A stretch of 64,000 nt of DNA from an uncultured Akkermansia sp. GTDB taxonomy: Bacteria > Verrucomicrobiota > Kiritimatiellia > RFP12 > JAAYNR01. Position 1 is the stretch's first letter. The number at the start of each line of letters is the position of its first letter. The notes beneath the pieces are model-generated. The model was not told the origin of the DNA, ran no database searches, and saw nothing but the letters and a program-made list of their open reading frames with translations. The translations under genes and the position numbers were made by a program. The stretch lies in contig CAZDLY010000008.1 of assembly GCA_964506575.1 (NCBI GenBank), forward strand, positions 20 through 64,019. Reading direction: 5' to 3'. This document shows, piece after piece, positions 1 to 8,372 of the stretch.

Positions 1-2
1 TG

Positions 3-1055
3 GTGGACCGCCTGACCCTCACCGACGCCCGGTTCGACGCCATGGTCGGCGGCGTCCGCGAGGTCGCCGCGCTTCCCGACCCCGTCGGCCGCCGCATCTG
101 GCGCCGCACCCGCCCCAACGGTCTCGTCATCGAGAAGCGCCGCGTCCCCCTGGGCGTCGTGGCGATCATCTTCGAGTCGCGTCCCAACGTGACCGCCGAC
201 GCGGCGGTGCTGTGCATCAAGACCTCCAACGCCGTGATCCTGCGCGGCGGCAAGGAGGCGATTCGCTCCAACCTCGCCATCGCCGAGGCTCTGGCTGCGG
301 GAGGCGCCCGCGCGGGCCTGCCCGACCACGCCGTCCAGCTCATCCCCACAACCGACCGCGAGGCGGTGCGCGAACTCGTGCAGCTCGACGAGTGCGTCGA
401 CGTGGTCATCCCCCGCGGCGGCGAGTCGCTCATCCGCGCGGTGGTCGAGCAGGCCCGCGTCCCCGTCCTCAAGCATTACAAGGGGGTCTGCCACCTCTAT
501 GTCGACGCCGCGGCCGACCTCGACATGGCGCTGCGGATCGCCGAGAACGCCAAGTGCCAGCGTCCCGGAACCTGCAACGCCATCGAGAAGCTCCTCGTGC
601 ATGAGCAAGTCGCCGCCGCCTTTCTCCCCCGGCTCGCCGAGCTGGCCGCGCGGCGCGCCATCGAAATCCGCGCCGACGCCGCGGCTCGGGCGATCATCCC
701 GGCGTTCGGCCCGGCGACGGAGGCCGACTGGTCCGCCGAATACCTCGACCTGATCCTCACGGTCGGCGTCGTCCCGTCGCTGCAGGCGGCGATCGACCAC
801 ATCAACCGCCACGGGTCCCATCACTCCGACGCCATCATCACCGCCAACCGCCGCGCCGCCGACCGCTTTCTCAAGGAGGTCGATTCGGCGGCGGTCTACG
901 TCAACGCCTCCACCCGCTTCACCGACGGCGGCGAATTCGGCATGGGCGCCGAAATGGGGATCAGCACCGACAAGCTCCATGCCCGCGGCCCCATGGGACT
1001 CGAGGAGCTCACCACCTACAAATACCGCGTCACCGGTGCCGGCCAGATCCGCTGA
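3..1055 (+). CDS. proA: gamma-glutamyl phosphate reductase (glutamate-5-semialdehyde dehydrogenase), N-terminus cut by window edge
   Basis: The ORF is open from the window edge. ProA-type ALDH motifs are present (VIEKRRVPLGVVAIIFESRPNVTADAA, ILRGGKEA, NASTRFTDGGEFG). About 350 aa of a normally ~415-aa protein is present. Confidence 0.9.
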   Translation: MDRLTLTDARFDAMVGGVREVAALPDPVGRRIWRRTRPNGLVIEKRRVPLGVVAIIFESRPNVTADAAVLCIKTSNAVILRGGKEAIRSNLAIAEALAAGGARAGLPDHAVQLIPTTDREAVRELVQLDECVDVVIPRGGESLIRAVVEQARVPVLKHYKGVCHLYVDAAADLDMALRIAENAKCQRPGTCNAIEKLLVHEQVAAAFLPRLAELAARRAIEIRADAAARAIIPAFGPATEADWSAEYLDLILTVGVVPSLQAAIDHINRHGSHHSDAIITANRRAADRFLKEVDSAAVYVNASTRFTDGGEFGMGAEMGISTDKLHARGPMGLEELTTYKYRVTGAGQIR

Positions 1056-1092
1056 CTGAAAAGAAAATTGCCTTCCGTCCCCCTCGTGGCGT

Positions 1093-1728
1093 ATGCTGTG
1101 GCCCATGAATTCCGAAATCATTGTCGTCGGCTCGTTTGAGGTGAACTGCGTCGTGCTCTGGAAGGACCCGCGTGCGGCGTGGGTGATCGATCCGGGCGCC
1201 GATCCCGAGGCGATCCTCGACTTTCTGCGCAAGAACGGGCTGGGGGTCGCCCTCTATTTTCTGACCCACGGTCACATCGACCACGTGTCGGCGCTGGACG
1301 CCCTGCTCGCGGCGTGCCCCGCGCCCGTCCATCTGCACACGGACGATGTCGCCTTCGCGTTCTCGCCGATGAACCGGTTTCCGCCTTATCTCTCGGTTCC
1401 CGCGCGGCCGTCATCCCTGGTGCCGACTCCGGCGGATGCCCCGTCCCTCACGGCAGGGGGCATCACCGCCGTAATTCTCCACACACCCGGCCACACGCCC
1501 GGCTGCCAGTGCCTGTGGTTCCAGGAAGACAAGCTGCTCATCAGCGGCGACACCCTCTTCGCCGGATCCGTCGGGCGCACCGACCTTCCCGGCGGCAGCA
1601 GCAAAGCGCTTCAGCACTCCCTTCGGCGCCTGACCGCCCTCCCGGCCGACACCCTCGTGATCCCCGGCCACGGCCCCACGACCACGATGGCCATTGAAAA
1701 ACGGGACAATCCCTATCTGGCGGAGTGA
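1093..1728 (+). CDS. MBL-fold metallo-hydrolase (GloB/YcbL-like)
   Basis: Contains the metal-binding motif FLTHGHIDHV, plus HTPGHTPG and GDTLFAGSVGRTD. At ~210 aa it has the typical single-domain size. The start could be the second ATG at 1105. Confidence 0.85.
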   Translation: MLWPMNSEIIVVGSFEVNCVVLWKDPRAAWVIDPGADPEAILDFLRKNGLGVALYFLTHGHIDHVSALDALLAACPAPVHLHTDDVAFAFSPMNRFPPYLSVPARPSSLVPTPADAPSLTAGGITAVILHTPGHTPGCQCLWFQEDKLLISGDTLFAGSVGRTDLPGGSSKALQHSLRRLTALPADTLVIPGHGPTTTMAIEKRDNPYLAE

Positions 1729-1821
1729 GGATCACGGAAGGTCAGCCATACGTTTTCGAGCCCATCCCAGCAGGCCGAATCCCTCGCAAAAAACGCACGA
1801 ATGTTTTTTTTGAATTTGTAC

Positions 1822-1848
1822 TTGAAAAAGCACCACAACTCTTATAAT
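1822..1848 (+). promoter_or_regulatory. sigma70-like promoter candidate for the DUF4143 ATPase gene
   Basis: A perfect TATAAT lies at 1843-1848, with TTGAAA at 1822-1827. The 15-nt spacer is short. The site is in an AT-rich spacer about 40 nt upstream of the ATG at 1889. Confidence 0.4.
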
Positions 1849-1888
1849 ATGCTGGTGTCGAGTCAGTTCTAATGAGGGCTATCTACAG

Positions 1889-3046
1889 ATGATTCCGAGA
1901 AGAATGGAAAGATCATTGCGGGCGGCGGCCGCGCTCTACCCGGTGGTCACGCTGACCGGCCCCCGCCAGTCGGGCAAGACCACACTTGCCAAAGCCATCT
2001 TCTCCGATTACGCCTATGCCAATCTGGAAGATCCGGAACTCCGTGCCATGGCCCAGGGTGACCCCAAGGAGTTTCTGCGGCGTTTTCCAGAGCCGGTGAT
2101 CGTGGACGAGATTCAGCGCGTCCCTGACTTGCTGAGCACCATTCAGGTCTTGGTTGACGAACATCCGGACCGAAAAGGACGATATGTTTTGACCGGTTCG
2201 CAGCAACTGAACCTTCGGGCCTCCATCGCGCAATCGCTGGCCGGCCGGACTGCCGTGCTGAAACTGCTACCGCTGTCCATCGGCGAACTCACGGACGCCG
2301 GTTTCCGGCTGGACCGCGATGTCTATCTGCACAACGGATTCCTGCCGCGTCGCTATCAGGAGAATATTCCGTCCGATTCGCTTTACCGAAACTACTTCGA
2401 GACCTATGTCGAACGGGATGTGCGACAACTGATCCACGTCCGCAATCTGCACACCTTCGAATTGTTCATCAAACTGCTGGCCGGCCGGATTGGTCAGGTC
2501 GTTAGTCTCCATGCGTTGGGCGGTGAAGTCGGCGTGAGCAGCACCACGCTCAACGAGTGGCTCGCGGTACTGGAAGCTTCGTTTGTGGTCTTTCGACTGC
2601 CGCCCTACTACGAGAATTTCGGGAAGCGCTTCATTAAATCGCCCAAGCTATACTTCACGGAACCCGGCCTGGCGGCCTACCTGCTGGAGATTCGGACGCC
2701 GGAGCAAGTGGCACGTGATCCGCTGATGGGAAATCTGTTCGAGAACATGGTGGTGATCGAAGCCTTGAAAGCCCGCTACAACGCGGGACGGGATGCGGAT
2801 CTTTACTTCTTCCGCGACCAGCGCGGCTTTGAAATTGACCTCATCAAATCCGAGCATCGCGAACCGACCCCCATCGAGATCAAAGCCTCACGCTCCTTCC
2901 ATCCGGAGTTCATCAAACGGCTCAAGGCCTTCGAGGCGCTCGATCCGCGCATCAAGCCGGGCGCGGTTGTCTATGCCGGGGAAGCCGAGCAGCAGTTCCA
3001 GGGTTGCCGGCTGCTCCCCTTTACGCAGACGGAATCCTTGTTCTGA
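1889..3046 (+). CDS. AAA+ ATPase with C-terminal DUF4143-type domain (function unknown)
   Basis: Has the Walker A motif LTGPRQSGKTTLAK and the Walker B-like motif VIVDEIQRVP. The length (385 aa) and C-terminal region are typical of the AAA_14/DUF4143 family. G+C is visibly lower than in the neighbouring genes. Confidence 0.8.
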   Translation: MIPRRMERSLRAAAALYPVVTLTGPRQSGKTTLAKAIFSDYAYANLEDPELRAMAQGDPKEFLRRFPEPVIVDEIQRVPDLLSTIQVLVDEHPDRKGRYVLTGSQQLNLRASIAQSLAGRTAVLKLLPLSIGELTDAGFRLDRDVYLHNGFLPRRYQENIPSDSLYRNYFETYVERDVRQLIHVRNLHTFELFIKLLAGRIGQVVSLHALGGEVGVSSTTLNEWLAVLEASFVVFRLPPYYENFGKRFIKSPKLYFTEPGLAAYLLEIRTPEQVARDPLMGNLFENMVVIEALKARYNAGRDADLYFFRDQRGFEIDLIKSEHREPTPIEIKASRSFHPEFIKRLKAFEALDPRIKPGAVVYAGEAEQQFQGCRLLPFTQTESLF

Positions 3047-3082
3047 GCGGGACGATTCAGGCCCGTCCTCCGTGGCCCGTCC

Positions 3083-3236
3083 CCCGCGCGGCCGTCATCC
3101 CTGGTGCCGACTCCGGCGGTCGCTCCGCCTCTCGCGGCGGGCGGCTTCTCCGCCGTAATCCTCCACACACCCGGCCACGGCCCCACGACCACGCTGGCCA
3201 TCGGAAAACGGGACAATCCCTATCTGGCGGAGTGAC
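3083..3236 (+). pseudogene. remnant copy of the 3' end of an MBL-hydrolase gene (internal 177-nt deletion)
   Basis: Positions 3083-3119 are identical to 1399-1435, and 3176-3236 match 1667-1728 including the stop. In the MBL frame it translates as PARPSSLVPTPAVAPPLAAGGFSAVILHTPGH|GPTTTLAIGKRDNPYLAE*. It has no start codon and no N-terminal part. Confidence 0.8.
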
Positions 3237-3411
3237 GATCCGTGCAGGGTGTTTTCCGTGACGCGGGCCCGGATTCGCACGGGCGCCGGCCGCTTTCGGA
3301 GCAGTCGCACGAGCAGTGCCCCGTTTTCCCGGCCACAGCGCGGCAGAACGCGCGGATGGCGAGAGCGAGGACGAGGGCGACGATAATCACGACGGCGGCG
3401 ATGTCCCACAT
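3220..3411 (-). CDS. FeoB-associated Cys-rich small membrane protein (candidate)
   Basis: A 63-codon ORF lies 15 nt downstream of the feoB stop, with an AAAGGAG RBS. It has an N-terminal TM helix (IAAVVIIVALVLALAI) followed by GKTGHCSCDCS, the pattern of the FeoB_associated family. The C-terminal end is uncertain. Confidence 0.6.
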   Translation of the reverse strand: MWDIAAVVIIVALVLALAIRAFCRAVAGKTGHCSCDCSESGRRPCESGPASRKTPCTDRHSAR

Positions 3412-3426
3412 GGCAGGCTCCTTTCT

Positions 3427-5610
3427 TCAGGTTCCGATTCCCAGCAGGCTTCCGACCTGGAAGACGGCGGCGGTCACGACCCACGCCAGCAGGGTCAGGC
3501 CCCCGAGCTGGAGCAGCGCCCAGCGCCACGAGCCGCTTTCGCGGCGTGTCACGGCGATGGTGGCCATGCAGGGGGCGCTGATGAGGCAGAAGAGCATCAC
3601 GCAGAAACCCGCGAGCGGCGTGTAGTCGGCCCGGATCTTCTCGCGCAGCGGCGCCGACGCCTCGTCCGAATCGCCGCCGAGCGCGTAGATGATGCCCATC
3701 TGGGTCACAAAGACCTCCTTGGCGGCGAGGGCGCCGATCATGGCGGTGGAAAGCTTCCAGTCGAAGCCGCACGGGCGCAACACCGGCTCCAGTCCGCGGC
3801 CGAGGCGCCCCATCAGCGACGCCCGCAGCGCCGCCTCGGCCTCGTCGCCGCCGACCGCCGCGAGCGCATCCTTTCGGGCCGGGCCGTCGGCGAGCGCCTC
3901 GGCGGCGGCGCGCCGCCCGGCGAGCGCCTCCGCCTCGCGGGCGGGGATGCCCGGCCACTGCTGCATCGCCCAGAGGAGGATGGAGATGCCGAGAATGACC
4001 GTGCCGGCCTTCTTGAGGTAAGCGCCGCCACGGTTCCACAGGTGGATCGAGAGGCTGCGCAGCGTCGGCATCCGGTAGGGCGGCAGCTCCATCACGAAGG
4101 GCGGCGTCTCGCCCCGGAGCAGCGTGGATTTCAGGACCTTGGCGCAGACGACCGCCAGCGCGATGCCGATCAGGTAGATGCTCCACAGCATCGGCCCGTG
4201 CCAGGGTTCGGGAAAGAACGCCGGAATGATCAGCGCGTAGATCGGCAGGCGGGCGCCGCAGCTCATCAGCGGCACCACCAGCATCGTGGTCAGCCGGTCG
4301 CGCCTGCTTTCCAGCGTCCGCGTCGCCAGGATGGCCGGAACGGAGCAGCCGAACCCGATCAGCATCGGCATGAAGCTCTTGCCGTGCAGCCCCATCTTGT
4401 GCATGATGCGATCCATCAGGAAGGCGGCCCGCGCCATGTAGCCGCTGTCCTCCAGGATCGCAATGGCCAGAAACAGGAGCAGGATGTTGGGCAGAAAGAC
4501 GAGCACGCCCCCCACGCCGCCGATGATCCCGTTGATCAGCAGGTTGCGCAGGAGGCTGGCGGAGCCGTCCGGCCACAGTCCGCCGATGGCCGCGCGCAGG
4601 GCGTCGAACCCCGCCTCGATCCAGCCCATCGGCGGCCCGCCCAGCGTGAAGGTGAGGGTGAACACGAGATACATCAGGCCGAGAAAGATCGGCAGACCGA
4701 AGAGCCGGTCGGTGACCACGGCGTCGATCGTGTCGGACAACTCGTGCCGACGCTCGACCGTGTGGCGCACCGCCTCCTGGCAGGCGCCGGAGATGAAGCC
4801 GTAGCGGCGGTCGGCGATGAGCGCCTCGGCGCTGTCGCCGACGAGCGCCTCGAGCCGGCGCGCCGCCTCCGCGGCGGCGGCGGCGATTTCCGGACGGGCA
4901 AACCGCGCGACCAGGTCCGCATCTCCCTCAATCAGCTTCACCGCCAGCCAGCGGGCCGGCACGCCGTCCGGAAGCGCGCCGAGCGCCTCCAGCCGCCGCT
5001 GCAGCGGGGCGATCTCGGCTTCCAGCGCCTCGCCGTAGGCGATGTGAAGCGGGGTGGGGGGCGCGGCGCGGCGGGCCGCGGCGGTCACGGCGTCGAGCAG
5101 TTCCGTCCGGCCCTCGCCCGTCTGGCCGACCGTCGGGACGATGGGCGTGCCCAGCAGCGCCTGCAGCAGCGCGAGGTCGAAGGCGATGCCGCGGCGGGCG
5201 GCGAGATCCGACATGTTCAGCGCCAGCACGAGCGGCAGGCCGAGCTCGAGCATCTGCACCGCCAGGTAGAGATTCCGCTCCAGATTGGTGGCGTCGACGA
5301 CGTCGATCACGACATCGGGACGCTTCTGAATCAGGAACGTCCGGGCGACCCGCTCCTCGGGCGAATAGGCCGTGAGGCTGTAGGTGCCGGGAAGATCCAC
5401 CAGATTCATCCGGATCGAACCGTGCGTGCAGGCGCCCTGAAACGTCTCCACGGTCACGCCGGGGTAGTTACCCACATGCTGCCGGGCGCCGGTGAGCGCG
5501 TTGAACAGGGTCGTCTTGCCCGCGTTCGGATTGCCCGCCAGGGCGACGGTGAGCGGTCCGCCCGCCGCCGCCGGCGCCCCGGCTTCGTCTGGCCTTAAAA
5601 TGTTCGTCAT
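3427..5610 (-). CDS. feoB: ferrous iron transporter FeoB
   Basis: Has an N-terminal G-domain (VALAGNPNAGKTTLFNALTG, DLPGTYSL) followed by a polytopic membrane domain. Start chosen at MTNILRP, preceded by a GGAAGGA RBS. The 1003-aa ORF in the track is upstream read-through of this frame. Confidence 0.93.
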   Translation of the reverse strand: MTNILRPDEAGAPAAAGGPLTVALAGNPNAGKTTLFNALTGARQHVGNYPGVTVETFQGACTHGSIRMNLVDLPGTYSLTAYSPEERVARTFLIQKRPDVVIDVVDATNLERNLYLAVQMLELGLPLVLALNMSDLAARRGIAFDLALLQALLGTPIVPTVGQTGEGRTELLDAVTAAARRAAPPTPLHIAYGEALEAEIAPLQRRLEALGALPDGVPARWLAVKLIEGDADLVARFARPEIAAAAAEAARRLEALVGDSAEALIADRRYGFISGACQEAVRHTVERRHELSDTIDAVVTDRLFGLPIFLGLMYLVFTLTFTLGGPPMGWIEAGFDALRAAIGGLWPDGSASLLRNLLINGIIGGVGGVLVFLPNILLLFLAIAILEDSGYMARAAFLMDRIMHKMGLHGKSFMPMLIGFGCSVPAILATRTLESRRDRLTTMLVVPLMSCGARLPIYALIIPAFFPEPWHGPMLWSIYLIGIALAVVCAKVLKSTLLRGETPPFVMELPPYRMPTLRSLSIHLWNRGGAYLKKAGTVILGISILLWAMQQWPGIPAREAEALAGRRAAAEALADGPARKDALAAVGGDEAEAALRASLMGRLGRGLEPVLRPCGFDWKLSTAMIGALAAKEVFVTQMGIIYALGGDSDEASAPLREKIRADYTPLAGFCVMLFCLISAPCMATIAVTRRESGSWRWALLQLGGLTLLAWVVTAAVFQVGSLLGIGT

Positions 5611-5633
5611 GCCGAACGATCCTTCCAAAAAAA

Positions 5634-5930
5634 TTACCGCCCCGGCGGCGCCGGGGGCGCGGGCCTGACCCGCACCTGGTTCGCCATGCCGTGCCCGAGG
5701 ACGATGCGGCTGCCCATCACATTCAGGACCACCGGGCCGGCGCCGACCGCGACCACCTCGGCCGTGATGCCGGGGGTGAGACCCAGGGCGCAGAGCCGCG
5801 CCACGAGGGCCGGACCGGCGTCCACGGCGATCACGCGGATCCGCTGGCCGGGCCGGGTGTCGGTCAGTGTGACGCCCGCGTGACGCGGGGCCTGCGTGTG
5901 CGGCTGATGGCAGTGGGCGGAAGGTGTCAT
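5634..5930 (-). CDS. feoA: FeoA family protein
   Basis: A 98-aa SH3-like FeoA pattern is present (LTDTRPGQRIRVIAVDAGPALVARLCALGLTPGITAEVV). Its ATG overlaps the stop of the upstream regulator gene (ATGA). Confidence 0.85.
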   Translation of the reverse strand: MTPSAHCHQPHTQAPRHAGVTLTDTRPGQRIRVIAVDAGPALVARLCALGLTPGITAEVVAVGAGPVVLNVMGSRIVLGHGMANQVRVRPAPPAPPGR

Positions 5931-6709
5931 GCGCGCTCCACCTGAATGCGGGCGGCCTCCTCCTTGCGGAGGGTGAGGTGATAGCCCTTGATCTTGACCT
6001 CGATGGGGTCGCCCAGCGGCGCGACCCGCTCGACCTCGACCCGCGTGCCGGCGGTGACGCCCATGTCGAGCAGGCGTCGGCGGATGCCGCCCGCCGCGCC
6101 GGCGATGGTGAGGATGGTCGCCTTGCCGCCCGGTTTGAGGTCGGCGAGGGTGGCACCGGCCTTTTGCGTTCCGCCGTATTCCATGTGCTGCTCCTTCCGT
6201 TGTTTCGATTGGACCCGGTCCAGCGCGCGGGAGAGGCAGGCCTCGCAATGGCCGGGCCGCTTATCGGTGTGGCAGGACCGCCTGAACCCCTCGATCCAGT
6301 GGAGGCCGCCGCGGGGGCAGCGGTCGACAAAGTCGATGAAGTCCAGCAGGCGGCCGAGGACGTTTTCGGATACGGCATGTTCGAGTTTGCAGGCCGCCGC
6401 ATCGGCCTCGGCGGGATCGACGGCCAGGACGTTCGCAAAGAAGTCGCCGAGCACCTCGTGGCGGCGCGCCACGCCCTCGGCGACCTCGCGGCCCCGGTCC
6501 GTCAGCGTGACGAGGTCGTACGGCGCATAATGGATCAGCTCGCGGTCGGCGAGGGCGTGCAGCGCGCCCGTGACCGACGAGCGGCCGACCTTGAGGCGGC
6601 GGCCGACGTCCTTCGCCCGCGCCACCTGCTTCTCCGCCACGATGCGGTAGATCGCCTCGAGGTAATCCTCCAAGCTGGCGCTCAGATGCAGGGTTGCGGC
6701 GTGTGCCAT
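5927..6709 (-). CDS. DtxR/MntR-family metal-dependent transcriptional regulator with C-terminal FeoA/SH3 domain
   Basis: Has an N-terminal wHTH (SLEDYLEAIYRIVAEKQVARAKDVGRRLKVGRSSVTGALHALADRELI), a dimerisation domain, a Cys-rich linker and a C-terminal FeoA-like domain (LADLKPGGKATILTIAG...RRLLDMGVTAGTRVEV). Confidence 0.88.
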   Translation of the reverse strand: MAHAATLHLSASLEDYLEAIYRIVAEKQVARAKDVGRRLKVGRSSVTGALHALADRELIHYAPYDLVTLTDRGREVAEGVARRHEVLGDFFANVLAVDPAEADAAACKLEHAVSENVLGRLLDFIDFVDRCPRGGLHWIEGFRRSCHTDKRPGHCEACLSRALDRVQSKQRKEQHMEYGGTQKAGATLADLKPGGKATILTIAGAAGGIRRRLLDMGVTAGTRVEVERVAPLGDPIEVKIKGYHLTLRKEEAARIQVERA

Positions 6710-6781
6710 TTGTTCCCTCCCGTGATCCCCCGGCCCGGACGAGGCGTCTGCCGGAACCGATGTGTTTCAAGTGGCGCACAT

Positions 6782-6799
6782 TGTACGGCATGCCGAACA
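6782..6799. promoter_or_regulatory. 18-bp near-perfect palindrome, candidate operator of the DtxR-type regulator
   Basis: The sequence TGTACGGCA|TGCCGAACA has one mismatch between its arms. It lies about 75 nt upstream of the regulator start, in the divergent intergenic region. Confidence 0.4.
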
Positions 6800-6905
6800 T
6801 TTTGTCAAGCGGGCGCGCCGCCGACGAATCAGATTGGCAAGACCGGCGATGCCGGATATACTGCTAACCCTTTGATACGACTCGACACAACCCTTGGGAG
6901 GACTC

Positions 6906-7778
6906 ATGAACGTTCGCATCGCCAGTCTCGCGGTCCTGGTTGCCGGCTCGGTTTTCGCGGCGGAGAAGCCGGACAGTGACGGCGCCCAGCCGGGGCGCTG
7001 GACGATGGATTACGACGCGGCCCGGAAAGTGGCGGCGGAGAAGAAGCTGCCGGTGCTGCTGAACTTCACCGGCTCGGACTGGTGCGGCTGGTGCAAGCTC
7101 ATGGACAAGGAGGTGTTTTCCAAGCCCGTCTGGAACGCCTATGCCACGAACACGCTGATGCTCGTGTGGATTGATTTCCCCCAGGATGATTCGCTGGTTC
7201 CCGATAAATACGTTTCCCGCAATTCGGCGCTGGACCAGGCATTCGGCGTTGAAGGCAAGCTTCCCACCTACATCCTGCTGGACGATGACGGTCAGACCGA
7301 ACTCGGCCGGCTGGCGGCGGCTCCCGAGATAACAGCGGCCGCGTTCATCGCCGAGGTCAACACCCTCCTGCAGATGCGGCCGTCGGTGATTGAGGTCTGG
7401 CTCAAGACGCTCCCGCCGGAGACCGCCCAGGAATACCGTGACACGGCAAAGGCGCTCGCCGCCGCGAAGCAGGAGTTTGCGGCGCTGCAGCTTGATTTGA
7501 AGAATAAGAGCGAGACGCTCGGTGGGCAGATCACGAAGCACGAGGGTCGGCTGGCCGACATCCGGCTCGACGCCCGGCTCGCCAAGCTCCCGGAAGCGGA
7601 CGCCGCGGCCTACCGCGCGAAACGGGCGCGTCGCGCGGCGGCGGAAGCCGAGTTGAACGCGTGGATGAAGACCCGGCCCCAGAAGAATGCCGCGAACACC
7701 CGGAAGTTCACCGCCTGGCGCGACGAGATGAGCCGGCTGGACAGCGAGATGAAGGCGATATTGCCCCCTGCCAAATAG
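6906..7778 (+). CDS. exported thioredoxin-fold protein (DUF255/thioredoxin_7-like) with C-terminal coiled-coil
   Basis: Has a signal peptide (MNVRIASLAVLVAGSVFA), a thioredoxin-like CxxC (NFTGSDWCGWCKLMDKE) and a Lys/Ala/Glu-rich helical tail. A GGAGG RBS precedes the ATG at 6906. Confidence 0.75.
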   Translation: MNVRIASLAVLVAGSVFAAEKPDSDGAQPGRWTMDYDAARKVAAEKKLPVLLNFTGSDWCGWCKLMDKEVFSKPVWNAYATNTLMLVWIDFPQDDSLVPDKYVSRNSALDQAFGVEGKLPTYILLDDDGQTELGRLAAAPEITAAAFIAEVNTLLQMRPSVIEVWLKTLPPETAQEYRDTAKALAAAKQEFAALQLDLKNKSETLGGQITKHEGRLADIRLDARLAKLPEADAAAYRAKRARRAAAEAELNAWMKTRPQKNAANTRKFTAWRDEMSRLDSEMKAILPPAK

Positions 7779-7787
7779 ATGAAGCGA

Positions 7788-7834
7788 TTGACAGATCGAC
7801 TGCGTTCAGGCAACATGTACTGAAATACGTACAT
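7788..7834 (+). promoter_or_regulatory. promoter/operator region of the toxin-antitoxin pair
   Basis: TTGACA lies at 7788-7793, with a weak -10 (CAACAT) after a 17-nt spacer. The inverted repeat ATGTAC(7815-7820)...GTACAT(7829-7834) lies just upstream of the antitoxin RBS (GGAGG). Confidence 0.45.
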
Positions 7835-7846
7835 ACTGGAGGTCTC

Positions 7847-8107
7847 ATGACAACCCTGACAGCAACCGATGCGCGACGCGGTTTCTTCGACGTAGTCAAA
7901 GGAGCCATGGACAATCATCAAGTTTTCCGCATCCATCACCGCAGGGGCGCTGTTGTTTTAATGGCGGAGAACGACTATGAGAGCCTTCTGGAGACCCTGG
8001 AGTTGTTGTCCATGCCTGGGTTCCGGAAAAGCCTGAAACTTTCCGTCGACCAGATGCACCGGGGCGACACCTTGTCATTTGAGGAGGTCTTTGGAGAAAA
8101 CGCGTGA
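7847..8107 (+). CDS. type II antitoxin, Phd/YefM family
   Basis: An 86-aa protein with MTTLTATDARRGFFDVVKGAMDNHQVFRIHHRRGAVVLMAENDYESLLETLELL, the typical Phd/YefM N-terminal fold. It overlaps the toxin start by 4 nt. Confidence 0.85.
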   Translation: MTTLTATDARRGFFDVVKGAMDNHQVFRIHHRRGAVVLMAENDYESLLETLELLSMPGFRKSLKLSVDQMHRGDTLSFEEVFGENA

Positions 8108-8361
8108 CACCCTACACGCTCCGTTTCACCAAGGTGGCGGCCAAGGACGTGGTCAAGTTGCCGCCTCGCCTTAAGGACAAACTCAAGATCGTCCTGCAGC
8201 AGCAGGTGGCACCGAATCCTCATTGCGGTAAAAGACTGGTCGGCGACCTCGCCGGGTTCTTTTCTTTACGCATTTCCTATAAGGACCGACTGGTCTACTC
8301 CATAGACGAGGAGCGTCGAATCGTTTATGTCCATCGCGCACGGACTCATTATGGAGAGTGA
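8104..8361 (+). CDS. type II toxin, RelE/ParE family
   Basis: An 85-aa protein with a GTG start overlapping the antitoxin stop. The C-terminal pattern is LAGFFSLRISYKDRLVYSIDEERRIVYVHRARTHY. Confidence 0.85.
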   Translation: MTPYTLRFTKVAAKDVVKLPPRLKDKLKIVLQQQVAPNPHCGKRLVGDLAGFFSLRISYKDRLVYSIDEERRIVYVHRARTHYGE

Positions 8362-8372
8362 AGACTGAACCC

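Noticed and set aside
3316-5598. A 760-aa plus-strand ORF antisense to feoB. Similar very long antisense ORFs occur at 8675-11053, 18754-20595, 20342-22366, 45437-46792, 51553-53673, 55044-57560, 58942-59955 and 60752-63157.
   Set aside because: These are typical high-GC shadow ORFs. Their translations are Arg/Gly/Ala/Pro/His-rich low-complexity strings with no motifs. Each lies exactly opposite a gene with strong, recognisable family signatures.
3427-6438. A 1003-aa minus-strand ORF that looks like a giant FeoB.
   Set aside because: The first ~275 residues are Arg/Pro/Ser-rich read-through of the feoB frame across feoA and the regulator gene. The genuine FeoB starts at MTNILRP (5610), which has an RBS, and feoA and the regulator occupy other frames.
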